NCBI GenBank assembly: GCA_964559575.1
Contig: CAZLGQ010000001.1
Coordinates: forward strand, 7,067-71,066
Source of the DNA: an uncultured Candidatus Saccharibacteria bacterium
GTDB taxonomy: Bacteria > Patescibacteriota > Minisyncoccia > Phycocordibacterales > CSBR16-193
Direction of reading: 5' to 3'
Length of the DNA stretch: 64,000 nt
Below the pieces are notes generated by a model. That model made no database searches, had not been told where the DNA came from, and saw only the letters and a list, made by a program, of their open reading frames with translations. The translations under genes were made by a program, and so were the position numbers. Every line of letters begins with the position of its first letter. Position 1 is the stretch's first letter. Below, in pieces: positions 19,679-29,016 of this stretch.

Positions 19679-20704
19679 TTAATTTTTTGATGTAATGCTT
19701 TTTTTATAAACATCAAGATGTTCCAATGCTATACCTGTTCCTCTGGCAACACAGTACATAGGCTCTTTAGCTAAACGAGCCTTTACTCCTGTTCTTCTAT
19801 GAACCAATTCCGTCAAATTTCTTAATTGAGAAGTTCCTCCGGTCATAACTATTCCTTGATCTATAATATCTGAAGAAAGTTCAGGAGGGGTTTCTTGAAG
19901 CACCTCCTTTATAGCACGTATCATTTCATAAAGATCTTTTGTTATAGCATTTAATATTTCACTACTTTCAATTTCAATAGATCTTGGAAGACCTGAAACA
20001 AAATCTCTTCCTTTTATGACCATTTTTAAATCCTCTTCTAATGGAATAGCTGACACAACTTTTATTTTTATGTCCTCTGCGGTTTTATCACCAATACCTA
20101 AATTAAAATTTTTCTTAATATAATCAGTAATAGATTGATCAAGTTTATTACCTCCATATTTTACAGAAGTAGATGAAACAATACCGCCTAAAGAAATAAC
20201 AGCCACATCTGTAGTACCGCCACCAATATCAACTATCATATGTCCGGTTGGTTCATGAATAGGAATGCCGGCTCCAATAGCTGAAAGTATAGGCTCTTTA
20301 ACTACATAAGCGTTTTTAGCCCCCGCTCTAACCGTAGCTTCTATAACAGCTCGTCGTTCGGTTGAAGTTACACCGGCAGGAACTGAAACTAAAACATCCG
20401 GTTTTATAAGATTAAATTTACCTAGAGACTTATCTAAGTAATATCTAAGCATTGCTTCAGTAACACGATAATCTGCAATGACCCCATCTTTCATTGGCCT
20501 GTAAGCTACTATTGCTTCAGGTGTTTTACCAACCATTTTTTTAGCCTCAGCTCCAATAGCAAGTATTTTATTATCACCCTCTGAAACGGCAACAACCGAG
20601 GGTTCATTTAAAATAATACCTTTTTTAGGTACATAAACCAGTATATTGGCTGTTCCCAGATCTATACCTATCTTTTTGGAAAAAATACTCATATTAATTT
20701 TCAA
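19679..20704 (-). CDS. mreB: Rod shape-determining protein MreB
   Basis: IGIDLGTANILVY, EPSVVA and DIGGGTTDVAVIS actin-fold motifs. Confidence 0.85.
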   Translation of the reverse strand: MKINMSIFSKKIGIDLGTANILVYVPKKGIILNEPSVVAVSEGDNKILAIGAEAKKMVGKTPEAIVAYRPMKDGVIADYRVTEAMLRYYLDKSLGKFNLIKPDVLVSVPAGVTSTERRAVIEATVRAGAKNAYVVKEPILSAIGAGIPIHEPTGHMIVDIGGGTTDVAVISLGGIVSSTSVKYGGNKLDQSITDYIKKNFNLGIGDKTAEDIKIKVVSAIPLEEDLKMVIKGRDFVSGLPRSIEIESSEILNAITKDLYEMIRAIKEVLQETPPELSSDIIDQGIVMTGGTSQLRNLTELVHRRTGVKARLAKEPMYCVARGTGIALEHLDVYKKSITSKN

Positions 20705-20801
20705 GAAATTATATTATATATTAAAAACCATAAAAAAACCAAATCCTAAAATAAAAATAATCCACAGTATTATTAAATAATATAGCGTATATGATATAAT
20801 T

Positions 20802-22337
20802 ATGCTTAATATGAATAAAAAAGAAAATAATAATGACCTCAATAAAATAGGTTTAACCATCCAAAAATTCAGAGAAAAAAATAACTTAACTCAAAAGGAT
20901 CTAGCAAATAAACTTGAAACCACTCAAAGTGCAGTTGCTAGAATGGAAAGTGGTGATCAAAACATAAGTGCTTCTACTCTTTCTAAAATAAATCAGGCTT
21001 TAGAAATAAATCTTTTTCATATCAATTCCGAATCTCTTACTGTAAAAATAAAAGGAGGAAAAAAATTAAAAGGATCAATTGAAACAAAAACATCAAAAAA
21101 CGGAGCGGTTGGTTTAATGTGTGCCTCAATTTTAAACAAAGGAAAAACCACACTAAAAAACACTCCACGTATTGAAGAAGTTTTTAGAATAGCTGAAGTT
21201 TTAGAAAGCATTGGTTTTAACATTACTTGGAAAAATTCTGACATGACCATAAGCCCTCCTGAAAAAATAAAAATTGATTCAATAAATAAAGAAGCGGCTC
21301 AAAAAACAAGGAGTATAATAATGTTTTTAGGTCCTTTGATCCATAAACTACCTTCTTTCCAATTACCAACTATAGGAGGTTGTAGACTTGGAAAAAGAAA
21401 TACCAGTCCTCATTTTTTTGCGCTAGAAAGTTTAGGAGTATCTTTTAAAAAAGGAAATTGGCAATATAAACCTTCTTCTTCCTTAAAACCCAAAACAGTT
21501 ATACTTTATGAATCCGGAGACACGGTAACTGAAAACGCTATTATGGCCGCCGCAGGCATTCCTACAACTACCACTATAAAATTTGCCTCAGCAAATTACC
21601 AAGTACAGGAAATGTGCTTTTTCTTAAAAAAATTAGGAGTAAAAATAGAAGGAATAGGTACTACTACATTAAAAGTAACAGGCTTAAGTGAAATAAATAA
21701 AAATATTTCATATAATTTAAGTGAGGATCCAATAGAATCAATGTTCTTTTTAGCTACTGCAATAGTAACTAATTCATCAATAACAATAAAACGTTGCCCA
21801 ATAGATTTTTTAGAACTTGAACTTCTCAAATTAAAAAAAATGGGCTTTAAATACAAAAAAAGTGATGTTTATTTTTCAGAAAATCAAGAAACAAAATTAG
21901 TTGATATAACAACCTATCAATCTAAAATGAAAGCCGGAAGAGATACAAAAATAGAACCAAGACCTTATCCCGGTTTAAATATTGATAACCTGCCTTTTTT
22001 TGCAATTATCGCAACTCAAACAGAAGGACAGATCTTAATACACGACTGGGTTTATGAAGAAAGAGCAATATATTATAAAGAACTGGATAAACTTGGAGCT
22101 AAAACTATATTAGCAGATCCTCATCGTATATATATTTCAGGTAAAACTCCTCTTATAGCAAATGAAGTTATCTGCCCTCCGGCACTTAGACCGGCTGCCA
22201 TAATACTAATTGGAATGTTAGCGGCAGATGGTGTATCTGTTTTAAGAAATATATACAGTATAAACAGAGGATATGAAAGTATAATAGAAAGATTAAATGA
22301 TCTAGGGGCTTCTATTGAATTTGAATCAAATATTTAA
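20802..22337 (+). CDS. murA: UDP-N-acetylglucosamine 1-carboxyvinyltransferase with an N-terminal XRE-type HTH domain (fusion)
   Basis: Residues about 15-70 (LTQKDLANKLETTQSAVARMESGDQNISASTLSKINQAL) form an XRE/Cro-type HTH. The remainder aligns end-to-end with MurA (IKGGKKLKGSIETKTSKNGAVGLMCASIL, active-site loop GGCRLGKRNTSPH, C-terminal INRGYESIIERLNDLGASIE). Confidence 0.75.
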   Translation: MLNMNKKENNNDLNKIGLTIQKFREKNNLTQKDLANKLETTQSAVARMESGDQNISASTLSKINQALEINLFHINSESLTVKIKGGKKLKGSIETKTSKNGAVGLMCASILNKGKTTLKNTPRIEEVFRIAEVLESIGFNITWKNSDMTISPPEKIKIDSINKEAAQKTRSIIMFLGPLIHKLPSFQLPTIGGCRLGKRNTSPHFFALESLGVSFKKGNWQYKPSSSLKPKTVILYESGDTVTENAIMAAAGIPTTTTIKFASANYQVQEMCFFLKKLGVKIEGIGTTTLKVTGLSEINKNISYNLSEDPIESMFFLATAIVTNSSITIKRCPIDFLELELLKLKKMGFKYKKSDVYFSENQETKLVDITTYQSKMKAGRDTKIEPRPYPGLNIDNLPFFAIIATQTEGQILIHDWVYEERAIYYKELDKLGAKTILADPHRIYISGKTPLIANEVICPPALRPAAIILIGMLAADGVSVLRNIYSINRGYESIIERLNDLGASIEFESNI

Positions 22338-22387
22338 TTCTCTTACATATTTAATAGAAAAAATTAAAATGTTAAACTTTAACCACT

Positions 22388-24271
22388 ATGGATCTTATTA
22401 CAGTTACACCACTGGTTCAAACCGCTTCCAAGGAGTGTCTTAGTTATTTTACTGATCAAAAAATAAAAGAAAACTCAATTGTTTCCGTAAATATAAGAAA
22501 TAAAGAAGTTCCAGCTTTGGTTTTAAAAAAAGAATCAGTTGAAAAAGTTAAATCCCGTATAAAAAGTAGCAATTTTGGCTTTAAAAAAATCAATTCCGTA
22601 TTAACAGAAAACATCTATTCAAATAGTGTATTGGAAGCCGCTAAAGAAACCTCTGATTTTTATTCCGCTTCTATTGGAGGTGTATTAAAAGCTATTACCC
22701 CAAAAATATTACTAACAGAACCGGTAAAAATCAAAAAAGAAAAAGAAAATAAACATAGAGAGATAAAACCGGAAAAAATGGTTTTACAGATCTCTCGTGA
22801 TGAAAGGATTCTTTTTTATAAACAACACACAAGAGGGGTTTTAGCTAAGGAAGGATCTGTGTTCATCTGTGCTCCAACCAAAAAAGACGTGGAGTTTCTT
22901 TCAGATAATTTAAAAAAAGGTATTGAACACGCTACTTTTACTTTTCACGGAGATATGTCTAATAAAGAGATCAAAGAAACCTGGGAAAAAGCTTTAACAA
23001 AAAAACCTAAATTAATAATATCCACAGGTCTTTTCTTATCAATATTTAATAACTCTTTTGAATCACTTATTTTAGAAAGAGAATCTTCAGAACTATACTA
23101 CACCAACAAAAGACCTCATTTTGATATATCCTTTCTATCTTACTCACTGGCCAAAAAAAGTGGGGTTAAATTTATTACTTCCGATACTTTACTTTCAGTA
23201 AAGACATATAAAAAATATAGAGATAATCAGTTTACCGAAGCAACTCCTTTGCAAAAAAAATACAGAGAAGGAGGAAAGGTTTCTATTATTGATATGACTA
23301 AAATAGAAGAAAAAAACAACCCTTATATGCCTTCTTTGTGTTCATTTTCCATAAAAAAATTAGCTTCCAATTCTTTAAGGTCTTTTATTTATACAGCCAG
23401 AAGAGGACTTTCTCCAACAACTATATGCAGTGATTGTGGATTTACTTTTTCGTGTCCAAAATGTTATTCACCGTTAGTTCTTCATGAAGGAAACAAAAAA
23501 AGAAATTTCATCTGTCACACTTGTACTTACCATGAAGAACCTAAGGACTACTGCCCTAAATGTGACTCTTGGAGATTAACACAGTTGGGAATAGGAAGTG
23601 AAAAAGTATCAAAAAATATTCAAAAGATATTTCCTAAAAAAAATATCATTCGTATGGATTCTGATAATGCCAATACCGTAAAAAAACAAGAAAAACTTTG
23701 GCAAGAATTTAAAGAAAAACCAAACTCTATTTTAATTGGTACCAATATGGCAATAAATTATATTAGATCTGATATGGTAGATATAGAAAATATAATAGTA
23801 GCATCAACAGATTCACTTCTTACTTATCCAAACTATTCTGCAAGTGAGCGTGTATTCAGAACACTTACCGAACTTTCATTAATAGCTAAAAAAGAACTAG
23901 TTATACAAACAAGATTGCCTGAGCAAAATTTATTAACTTATGTTAAAAATAAAGAAAATATAAGTTTTTTTGAAAAAGAGTTGGAAACAAGAGAAAAACT
24001 CTCTTACCCTCCTTTTTCAATACCAATAACCGTTACCTTTTCCGGTAAAAGTTATAAAATAGAAGAAAAAGAAAATTATCTAAATAAAAAATTTAATTTC
24101 TTTAACCCTTATTTCATTCCTTCTATTTCCGAAAAAAGGCAAGGTCTTATAACAAATAAAATGTTAATAAAGATACCAAAAAACATTTGGCCAAACAGAA
24201 AAGTTACAGAAAGCTTGAAATCTTTATCGCCAGAGTATAAAGTTGCAATTGATCCGCCAAACATTATTTAA
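22388..24271 (+). CDS. priA: Primosomal protein N' (PriA)-like, helicase motifs apparently degenerate
   Basis: PriA-type Cys-rich zinc region CSDCGFTFSCPKCYSPLVLHEGNKKRNFICHTCTYHEEPKDYCPKCDS matches PriA (C..CG...CP.C...L..H....L.CH.C......CP.C.S). No clear Walker A GKT was seen. Confidence 0.6.
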   Translation: MDLITVTPLVQTASKECLSYFTDQKIKENSIVSVNIRNKEVPALVLKKESVEKVKSRIKSSNFGFKKINSVLTENIYSNSVLEAAKETSDFYSASIGGVLKAITPKILLTEPVKIKKEKENKHREIKPEKMVLQISRDERILFYKQHTRGVLAKEGSVFICAPTKKDVEFLSDNLKKGIEHATFTFHGDMSNKEIKETWEKALTKKPKLIISTGLFLSIFNNSFESLILERESSELYYTNKRPHFDISFLSYSLAKKSGVKFITSDTLLSVKTYKKYRDNQFTEATPLQKKYREGGKVSIIDMTKIEEKNNPYMPSLCSFSIKKLASNSLRSFIYTARRGLSPTTICSDCGFTFSCPKCYSPLVLHEGNKKRNFICHTCTYHEEPKDYCPKCDSWRLTQLGIGSEKVSKNIQKIFPKKNIIRMDSDNANTVKKQEKLWQEFKEKPNSILIGTNMAINYIRSDMVDIENIIVASTDSLLTYPNYSASERVFRTLTELSLIAKKELVIQTRLPEQNLLTYVKNKENISFFEKELETREKLSYPPFSIPITVTFSGKSYKIEEKENYLNKKFNFFNPYFIPSISEKRQGLITNKMLIKIPKNIWPNRKVTESLKSLSPEYKVAIDPPNII

Positions 24272-24277
24272 ATAAAA

Positions 24278-24790
24278 ATGAGTAAAATAATTCAAATAGG
24301 TAACGAAATTCTTCGTAAAAAAGCAAAGGAAATAAAGAAAGAAGAATTTTCTTTAGATAATTTAGATAACTTAATAAAAGAAATGAAAGAAACCCTTAAT
24401 AAAGAAGAGGACGGCTTTGCTCTCGCTGCACCTCAAATAGGAGAATCCGTAAGGATATTTATTATTTCAGGCAAACTTTTTCAACATTTAAAAGGTACTG
24501 ATGAACCTCAATCTGATAAAATATATATAAACCCTAAAATACTAAAAACATCCAAAGAAACAGAACTAATGGAAGAAGGTTGTTTAAGTATCCGTAATTG
24601 GTACGGAAAAGTTAAAAGATATAAAAAAATAAAAATAGAAGCTTTTGATCAAGATGGTAAAAAGTTCCAAGAAGGAGCCAGTGGAATCTTATCTCAAGCT
24701 TTCCAACACGAAATAGATCATTTGGATGGAATTCTTTTTACTGATATTGCTACTGAATTAGAAAAAATAGAACCTCCCCAAAAAAAATAA
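24278..24790 (+). CDS. def: Peptide deformylase
   Basis: EGCLS and QHEIDHLDG metal-binding motifs. Confidence 0.85.
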   Translation: MSKIIQIGNEILRKKAKEIKKEEFSLDNLDNLIKEMKETLNKEEDGFALAAPQIGESVRIFIISGKLFQHLKGTDEPQSDKIYINPKILKTSKETELMEEGCLSIRNWYGKVKRYKKIKIEAFDQDGKKFQEGASGILSQAFQHEIDHLDGILFTDIATELEKIEPPQKK

Positions 24791-24800
24791 TCCCAATAAT

Positions 24801-25685
24801 ATGAATAAAGATCTTAAAAACTTTGCATTTTTTGGAACTTCAGAATTTTCAGTTGAAGTTTTGAAAAAATTAAAAGAACTCAATTTTATTCCATCTCTTA
24901 TAGTAACTACACCGGATAGACCTTCCGGACGAGGACAGAAAATAACACCATCTCCGGTTAAAAAATGGGCGGAAGAAAATTCTGTATCTATTTTTCAACC
25001 AAATGGTTTTAAAGATAAAAAAAATATAGAACAGTTAAAAGAATCAATTCCTTCAAAAAACACGGAATGGGATCTTTTTGTTATTGCTTCTTATGGATAT
25101 ATTTTACCTGCCTCAGTTATATATATGCCAAAGTTTAAAAGCTTAAATATTCACCCTTCACTTTTACCAAAACTAAGAGGTCCTTCTCCAATTCAAGAAG
25201 CTATTCTTAAAGAAGAAAAAACAGGAGTAACAATAATGAAAATGGACAAAAAGATGGATCACGGTCCAATTCTTAAACAGGAAAAATTACAATATGAAAA
25301 TTGGCCTCCTGATTACACGACACTTGAAAAAGATCTTGCCAATAAAGGTGCCACTCTTTTGACTAAAACCATACCTCTTTGGATAAATGGAGAAATCAAA
25401 GAAATCCCTCAAGATGAAAAAAGGGCGACTTTTACATCTATTATTAAAAAAGAAGATGCTTTTCTGGATTTTGAAAATGAAAATCCAGAAATTCTTTATC
25501 GTAAAATAAAAGCTTATAAAGAAAAACCAAAAGCATATTTCTTTTACGAAACACCTAAAAAAGGAAAAATACGAGTTATAGTAACTGAAGCAACATTTAA
25601 AAAAGGTAAACTAAAAATAGAAAAAGTTATCCCTGAAGGTAGAAAAGAAATAAATTATCAAGAATTTTTACAACAGTTAAAATAA
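24801..25685 (+). CDS. fmt: Methionyl-tRNA formyltransferase
   Basis: N-terminal FFGTSEFSVEVL and catalytic HPSLLPKLRGPSPIQ. Located immediately downstream of def, the classic def-fmt arrangement. Confidence 0.85.
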   Translation: MNKDLKNFAFFGTSEFSVEVLKKLKELNFIPSLIVTTPDRPSGRGQKITPSPVKKWAEENSVSIFQPNGFKDKKNIEQLKESIPSKNTEWDLFVIASYGYILPASVIYMPKFKSLNIHPSLLPKLRGPSPIQEAILKEEKTGVTIMKMDKKMDHGPILKQEKLQYENWPPDYTTLEKDLANKGATLLTKTIPLWINGEIKEIPQDEKRATFTSIIKKEDAFLDFENENPEILYRKIKAYKEKPKAYFFYETPKKGKIRVIVTEATFKKGKLKIEKVIPEGRKEINYQEFLQQLK

Positions 25686-25707
25686 TAAAATTTATTTAAA
25701 AAGAATT

Positions 25708-26097
25708 TTATTCGTTATTCTCTTGCAAGGGATCTCTTAGCTTCTCTTTGATTTTTAATGATTCCCTGCGAGAAGTATCTCTCTTTTTCTCCTGATGGCT
25801 TTTTACTACTCTGACAATTTCATCTTTCATCTCATCTATTGCTGCATACAGATCACTTTGTTCAGCTTCAACATAGTGAACCTCACCAGCAATATCCAGA
25901 TCTATTGTTGCAACAAAAATATCACCTGTTATTTGATCCCTAACTTCTTTACCTAACTCTACTTGAGCAAAAATTCCGGCATCATCACTAGCATTAATAA
26001 CCTTTTCAAGAGAGTTTAATTTCTTTCTAACATAACTCTCCATAGCTTCTGTTAAATCTACATTTCTTCCTTTTATATTAATATTTATTTTATCCAT
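25708..26097 (-). CDS. hpf: Ribosome hibernation promoting factor / RaiA family
   Basis: INIKGRNVDLTEAMESYVRKKLNSLEK is a typical HPF/YfiA N-terminus. Length is 129 aa. Confidence 0.75.
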   Translation of the reverse strand: MDKININIKGRNVDLTEAMESYVRKKLNSLEKVINASDDAGIFAQVELGKEVRDQITGDIFVATIDLDIAGEVHYVEAEQSDLYAAIDEMKDEIVRVVKSHQEKKRDTSRRESLKIKEKLRDPLQENNE

Positions 26098-26116
26098 ATT
26101 TAATTATTATATTAAA

Positions 26117-26368
26117 TTAATTTTCAATAATAAATCTTTTAGAAAAACTTTTTCCACCCTTAACTAATTTAACCGAATTGAAAGGAACTTTTGCTATATT
26201 GGAAACAATTTCCCTTAAACGACGATTAGCTTTACCATTTTTTGCCGGATCCTTAACTGATATTTCATACTGATCATCTTTTAATTTTTTAACACTTTCC
26301 TTATTTGATCCCGTATTAACTTTTATATTAAAAGTTTTCATACAAAAAAGCTGATTAAATCCTTTCAT
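26117..26368 (-). CDS. YggU/DUF167 family protein
   Basis: 83 aa containing KDPAKNGKANRRLREIVSNIAKVPFNSVKLVKGGKSFSKR, which matches the UPF0235 pattern. Confidence 0.5.
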   Translation of the reverse strand: MKGFNQLFCMKTFNIKVNTGSNKESVKKLKDDQYEISVKDPAKNGKANRRLREIVSNIAKVPFNSVKLVKGGKSFSKRFIIEN

Positions 26369-26831
26369 ACAAAGCTACAAGCTCTGCATAATCAAGTACG
26401 GAACCATTCATAAATTTTTCTAACTCAGTTTTAGAAACACCTTCGGGAAGATCAATAAAAGAATCTAATGCATAAAACTTAAAAAAGTAACGATGTTTAC
26501 TATCAGGTGGACAAGGTCCTGTATACCCTAAACCACCCGAAGAATTCCTACCCTTTGTACCATTAGGTTCAATCCCCTCTTCCACTTTAAAAAATAAAGA
26601 TTCATTTGTATTAAAACGAATATTAAAAACAATCCAATGATCAAATACTTCTATTTCTTTGGTTTCTTTTACAAAATCAGGAATATCAGGATCATCCATG
26701 ATCAAAACAAGACTTTTGGTTCCATTAGGAATATCACTTAATTCTAAAGAAGGATTTATATTTTCTCCGTCACAGGTATACTTTGAAGGAATTAAATCTT
26801 TTTCCTTAAAATCTGGACTAAAAATTTTCAT
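26355..26831 (-). CDS. YbhB/YbcL-type phosphatidylethanolamine-binding protein (PEBP) family
   Basis: YTCDGENINPSLEL, HWIVFNI, GYTGPCPP and HRYFFKFYALD motifs. Confidence 0.7.
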   Translation of the reverse strand: MKIFSPDFKEKDLIPSKYTCDGENINPSLELSDIPNGTKSLVLIMDDPDIPDFVKETKEIEVFDHWIVFNIRFNTNESLFFKVEEGIEPNGTKGRNSSGGLGYTGPCPPDSKHRYFFKFYALDSFIDLPEGVSKTELEKFMNGSVLDYAELVALYERI

Positions 26832-26923
26832 AAAATAATTATATCACAAAACATGATCTTTCAAAAAATAAAATATTGCCTAGTCAACAAAATCTGATAT
26901 AATACTCTCATTAACAAAAAAAT

Positions 26924-26997
26924 TCTGGGGTAGCTCAATGGTAGAGCTCTCGACTGTTAATCGAGTGGTTGTGGGTTCGAATCCCACCCCCAGAGCC
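26924..26997 (+). tRNA. tRNA-Asn (anticodon GTT)
   Basis: Cloverleaf with acceptor stem TCTGGGG/CCCCAGA, D-arm GCTCAATGGTAGAGC, anticodon stem-loop CTCGA-CTGTTAA-TCGAG (GTT) and T-arm GTGGGTTCGAATCCCAC. A discriminator G and CC follow. The 3' A of CCA is not encoded. Confidence 0.85.
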
Positions 26998-27205
26998 GAC
27001 TAGGATCATTTTTGCAATTTAATAGTGCATTAAATAGGGATAGTATTGAGAACCCTAGCTTATTTTGATTTAGAATTAAATTCGAAAGTAAGAAGCTCAA
27101 AATTTGCTTTTTTACTCTGGTTTCGAACTCATAAACAGTTCCTTAGCTCTCTGTACTAATGTCAATACAGCATTGGCAGTTATCTTTATTTGCTATACTT
27201 ATATT

Positions 27206-27745
27206 ATGAAAAAACTTATATTTTTTGGAGACAGTCTATTAGCGAGAATTAACCCTGATATGATAAAAAAAATTGAGGAGAGTATCGGTAGTATTATTAT
27301 CGATAATCATGCAGTGGGAGGATCAACGACAAATGATGCACTGGAAATAATTGAGTCTGTTTCAAAATTGAAAGCTGACTATGTAGTAATATCTTTAGGG
27401 ACAAATGACATACTTAAAGACAATCTGTCCTGTCCTGAATATCTAGAAAACATGATAAAAATAATTTCTGAATTTTCCGAATCAAAAGTGTTCGTGTGGT
27501 TAACTCCTCCCGCCAACGACATAAACGACCCCGAAGGAACAAAAGAGTTTAATGAAAAGATTGGCCAATATTTCGATGGTCTAAAAAATATATGTAAAGA
27601 TTATAACTTTAACTTTATAGACACTTTTTCAGTCTACAAAGATGCGGTTATGCTTGATAATAAATATCACGAAGAAGATGGTATTCATTTAAGTGTTGAC
27701 GGATATAAACTATTTACTGGTTCATTAGTAAAAACTTTTAAATAA
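27206..27745 (+). CDS. SGNH/GDSL-family hydrolase
   Basis: FFGDSLLA (block I GDS) and ISLGTNDI (block III) motifs. Start moved to the internal ATG at 27206 (MKKLIFFGDSL), since the upstream part of the track ORF is a non-conserved hydrophobic extension. Confidence 0.6.
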   Translation: MKKLIFFGDSLLARINPDMIKKIEESIGSIIIDNHAVGGSTTNDALEIIESVSKLKADYVVISLGTNDILKDNLSCPEYLENMIKIISEFSESKVFVWLTPPANDINDPEGTKEFNEKIGQYFDGLKNICKDYNFNFIDTFSVYKDAVMLDNKYHEEDGIHLSVDGYKLFTGSLVKTFK

Positions 27746-27749
27746 GAGG

Positions 27750-28080
27750 TAGGTTTTGTATTACAACTCCTAGTGAAGAGAGTGAATTTATTTACTATTG
27801 TCAGGATTCGAAAGGTACAGCGATGTTTTTCCGGCAGGAAAAACCGCGAACCAAGGTCGTGAAAATTCAAAAGCGACGGCCTTTGAATTATTCTTAACCG
27901 AATCCTGCCGCTGGAGCAAAAGTCAGTTTAACCCCAATGCGCTAGCGTTGGGGTTTTACTGATCTTTCGCTGAGGTGAAATTTAAAAGACGGAGGCGGTA
28001 TACAAGACGAGCGTAGCGAGGGCCTGTCTAAGAGCTCGGGGTCGCGCTAACACTTAGCCGAAATAAGGAAATTCAATTAT
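27750..28080 (+). ncRNA. GC-rich, highly structured intergenic region: candidate stable ncRNA(s) of unassigned family
   Basis: A roughly 330-bp stretch at about 50% GC sits in a roughly 30% GC genome and has no convincing ORF. It contains a long-range pairing CAGGATTCG (27811..27819) with CGAATCCTG (27899..27907), internal hairpins TTTTTCC-GGCA-GGAAAAA and AATTCAAAAG/CTTTGAATT, and a terminator-like hairpin AACCCCAA-TGCGCTAGCG-TTGGGGTT plus T-run at about 27931..27960. A second GC-rich structured part occupies 27960..28075. Confidence 0.3.
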
Positions 28081-28120
28081 AACCCTTATCATATGTGATA
28101 TTATGTATTAAATTCATATT

Positions 28121-29011
28121 TTGATTAAAAATAAAAAAGCTATGAAAGTATTAATATCTAATACTAAAAAAGTTGAAGAGATCAAAAAGGAAATGCAAAG
28201 ATCTGGACCGGATAAGATCCACGTTCTTTCCGATTTTGATAGAACCCTAACCTACGGAACGACCAACGGAATAAAAACCCCCTCTATTATTTCCATGCTC
28301 AGGGATGGAAAACACTTAACAGATGATTATGCGGACAAAGCTCATTCTTTATTTAATAAATATCATCCACTTGAATCTGATTTGAACATTCCTTTAAGAG
28401 AAAGAAAAGAATTAATGCAAGAATGGTGGAAAAACCATCATGATCTATTGATTAAATCGGGTCTTAGCAAAAACGATCTTGAAGATACTGTTAAAAATGG
28501 ACATGTTAAATTCAGAGAAGGCGTTCCCGAATTTGTTGATCTTTTATATAACAAAAAGATCCCTTTGGTTATTATGTCAGCATGCGGTTGTGGAGAAGCA
28601 GTAAAAATGTTTTTTCAAAAGATCAAAAAAGATCATTCAAATATATTTTATATTATCAATAAATATCATTGGGATAAAAACGGAAAAGCTCTTTCTGCGA
28701 AAGAACCGATAATTCATGCTTTAAATAAAGATGAGACGGTGTTGGAGAATTTCCCGAATGTATATAAACATATAAAAGAAAGAAAAAAAGTTATTCTACT
28801 GGGAGATAGTATTGGAGATATTGATATGATCAAAGGATTTCGTTACGAGAAACTTTTAAAGATCGGGTTTTTAAACAGTGGTTATGAAAGATTAAGAGAA
28901 AAATATTTAGACAGTTTTGATATAGTTTTAGAGGGAGACAAGGATTTTTATTTCATAAATAAGCTCTTTAAAGAAATAATTTTAAAAAAAAATTTTAAAA
29001 TCTATAAATAA
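28121..29011 (+). CDS. HAD-superfamily pyrimidine 5'-nucleotidase (UMPH-1/NT5C3-like)
   Basis: HVLSDFDRTLT (HAD motif I, D-x-D-x-T) in the characteristic NT5C3 context, GDSIGDIDM (motif IV-like), and about 296 aa. Confidence 0.5.
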   Translation: MIKNKKAMKVLISNTKKVEEIKKEMQRSGPDKIHVLSDFDRTLTYGTTNGIKTPSIISMLRDGKHLTDDYADKAHSLFNKYHPLESDLNIPLRERKELMQEWWKNHHDLLIKSGLSKNDLEDTVKNGHVKFREGVPEFVDLLYNKKIPLVIMSACGCGEAVKMFFQKIKKDHSNIFYIINKYHWDKNGKALSAKEPIIHALNKDETVLENFPNVYKHIKERKKVILLGDSIGDIDMIKGFRYEKLLKIGFLNSGYERLREKYLDSFDIVLEGDKDFYFINKLFKEIILKKNFKIYK

Positions 29012-29016
29012 ATTTT

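Noticed and set aside
27100-27135. tRNA-like fragment (CTGGTTTCGAACTC) after tRNA-Asn, as a possible integration-site duplicate
   Set aside because: There is only a short T-loop-like match. No acceptor stem and no direct repeat of the tRNA 3' end were found elsewhere in the window.
27750-28080. Specific identification of the structured region as RNase P RNA, tmRNA or SRP RNA
   Set aside because: I could not find the P4 GGAAAGUCCGG / CCGGCUUA pair, a tmRNA tag-peptide frame ending in a stop with flanking tRNA-like GGGG/CCACCA ends, or the SRP domain-IV GUCCGGAAGGAAGCAGC element. Only partial resemblances were seen (GGATTCGAAAGG, TTCCGGCAGGAAAAA). It is left as an unassigned ncRNA candidate.
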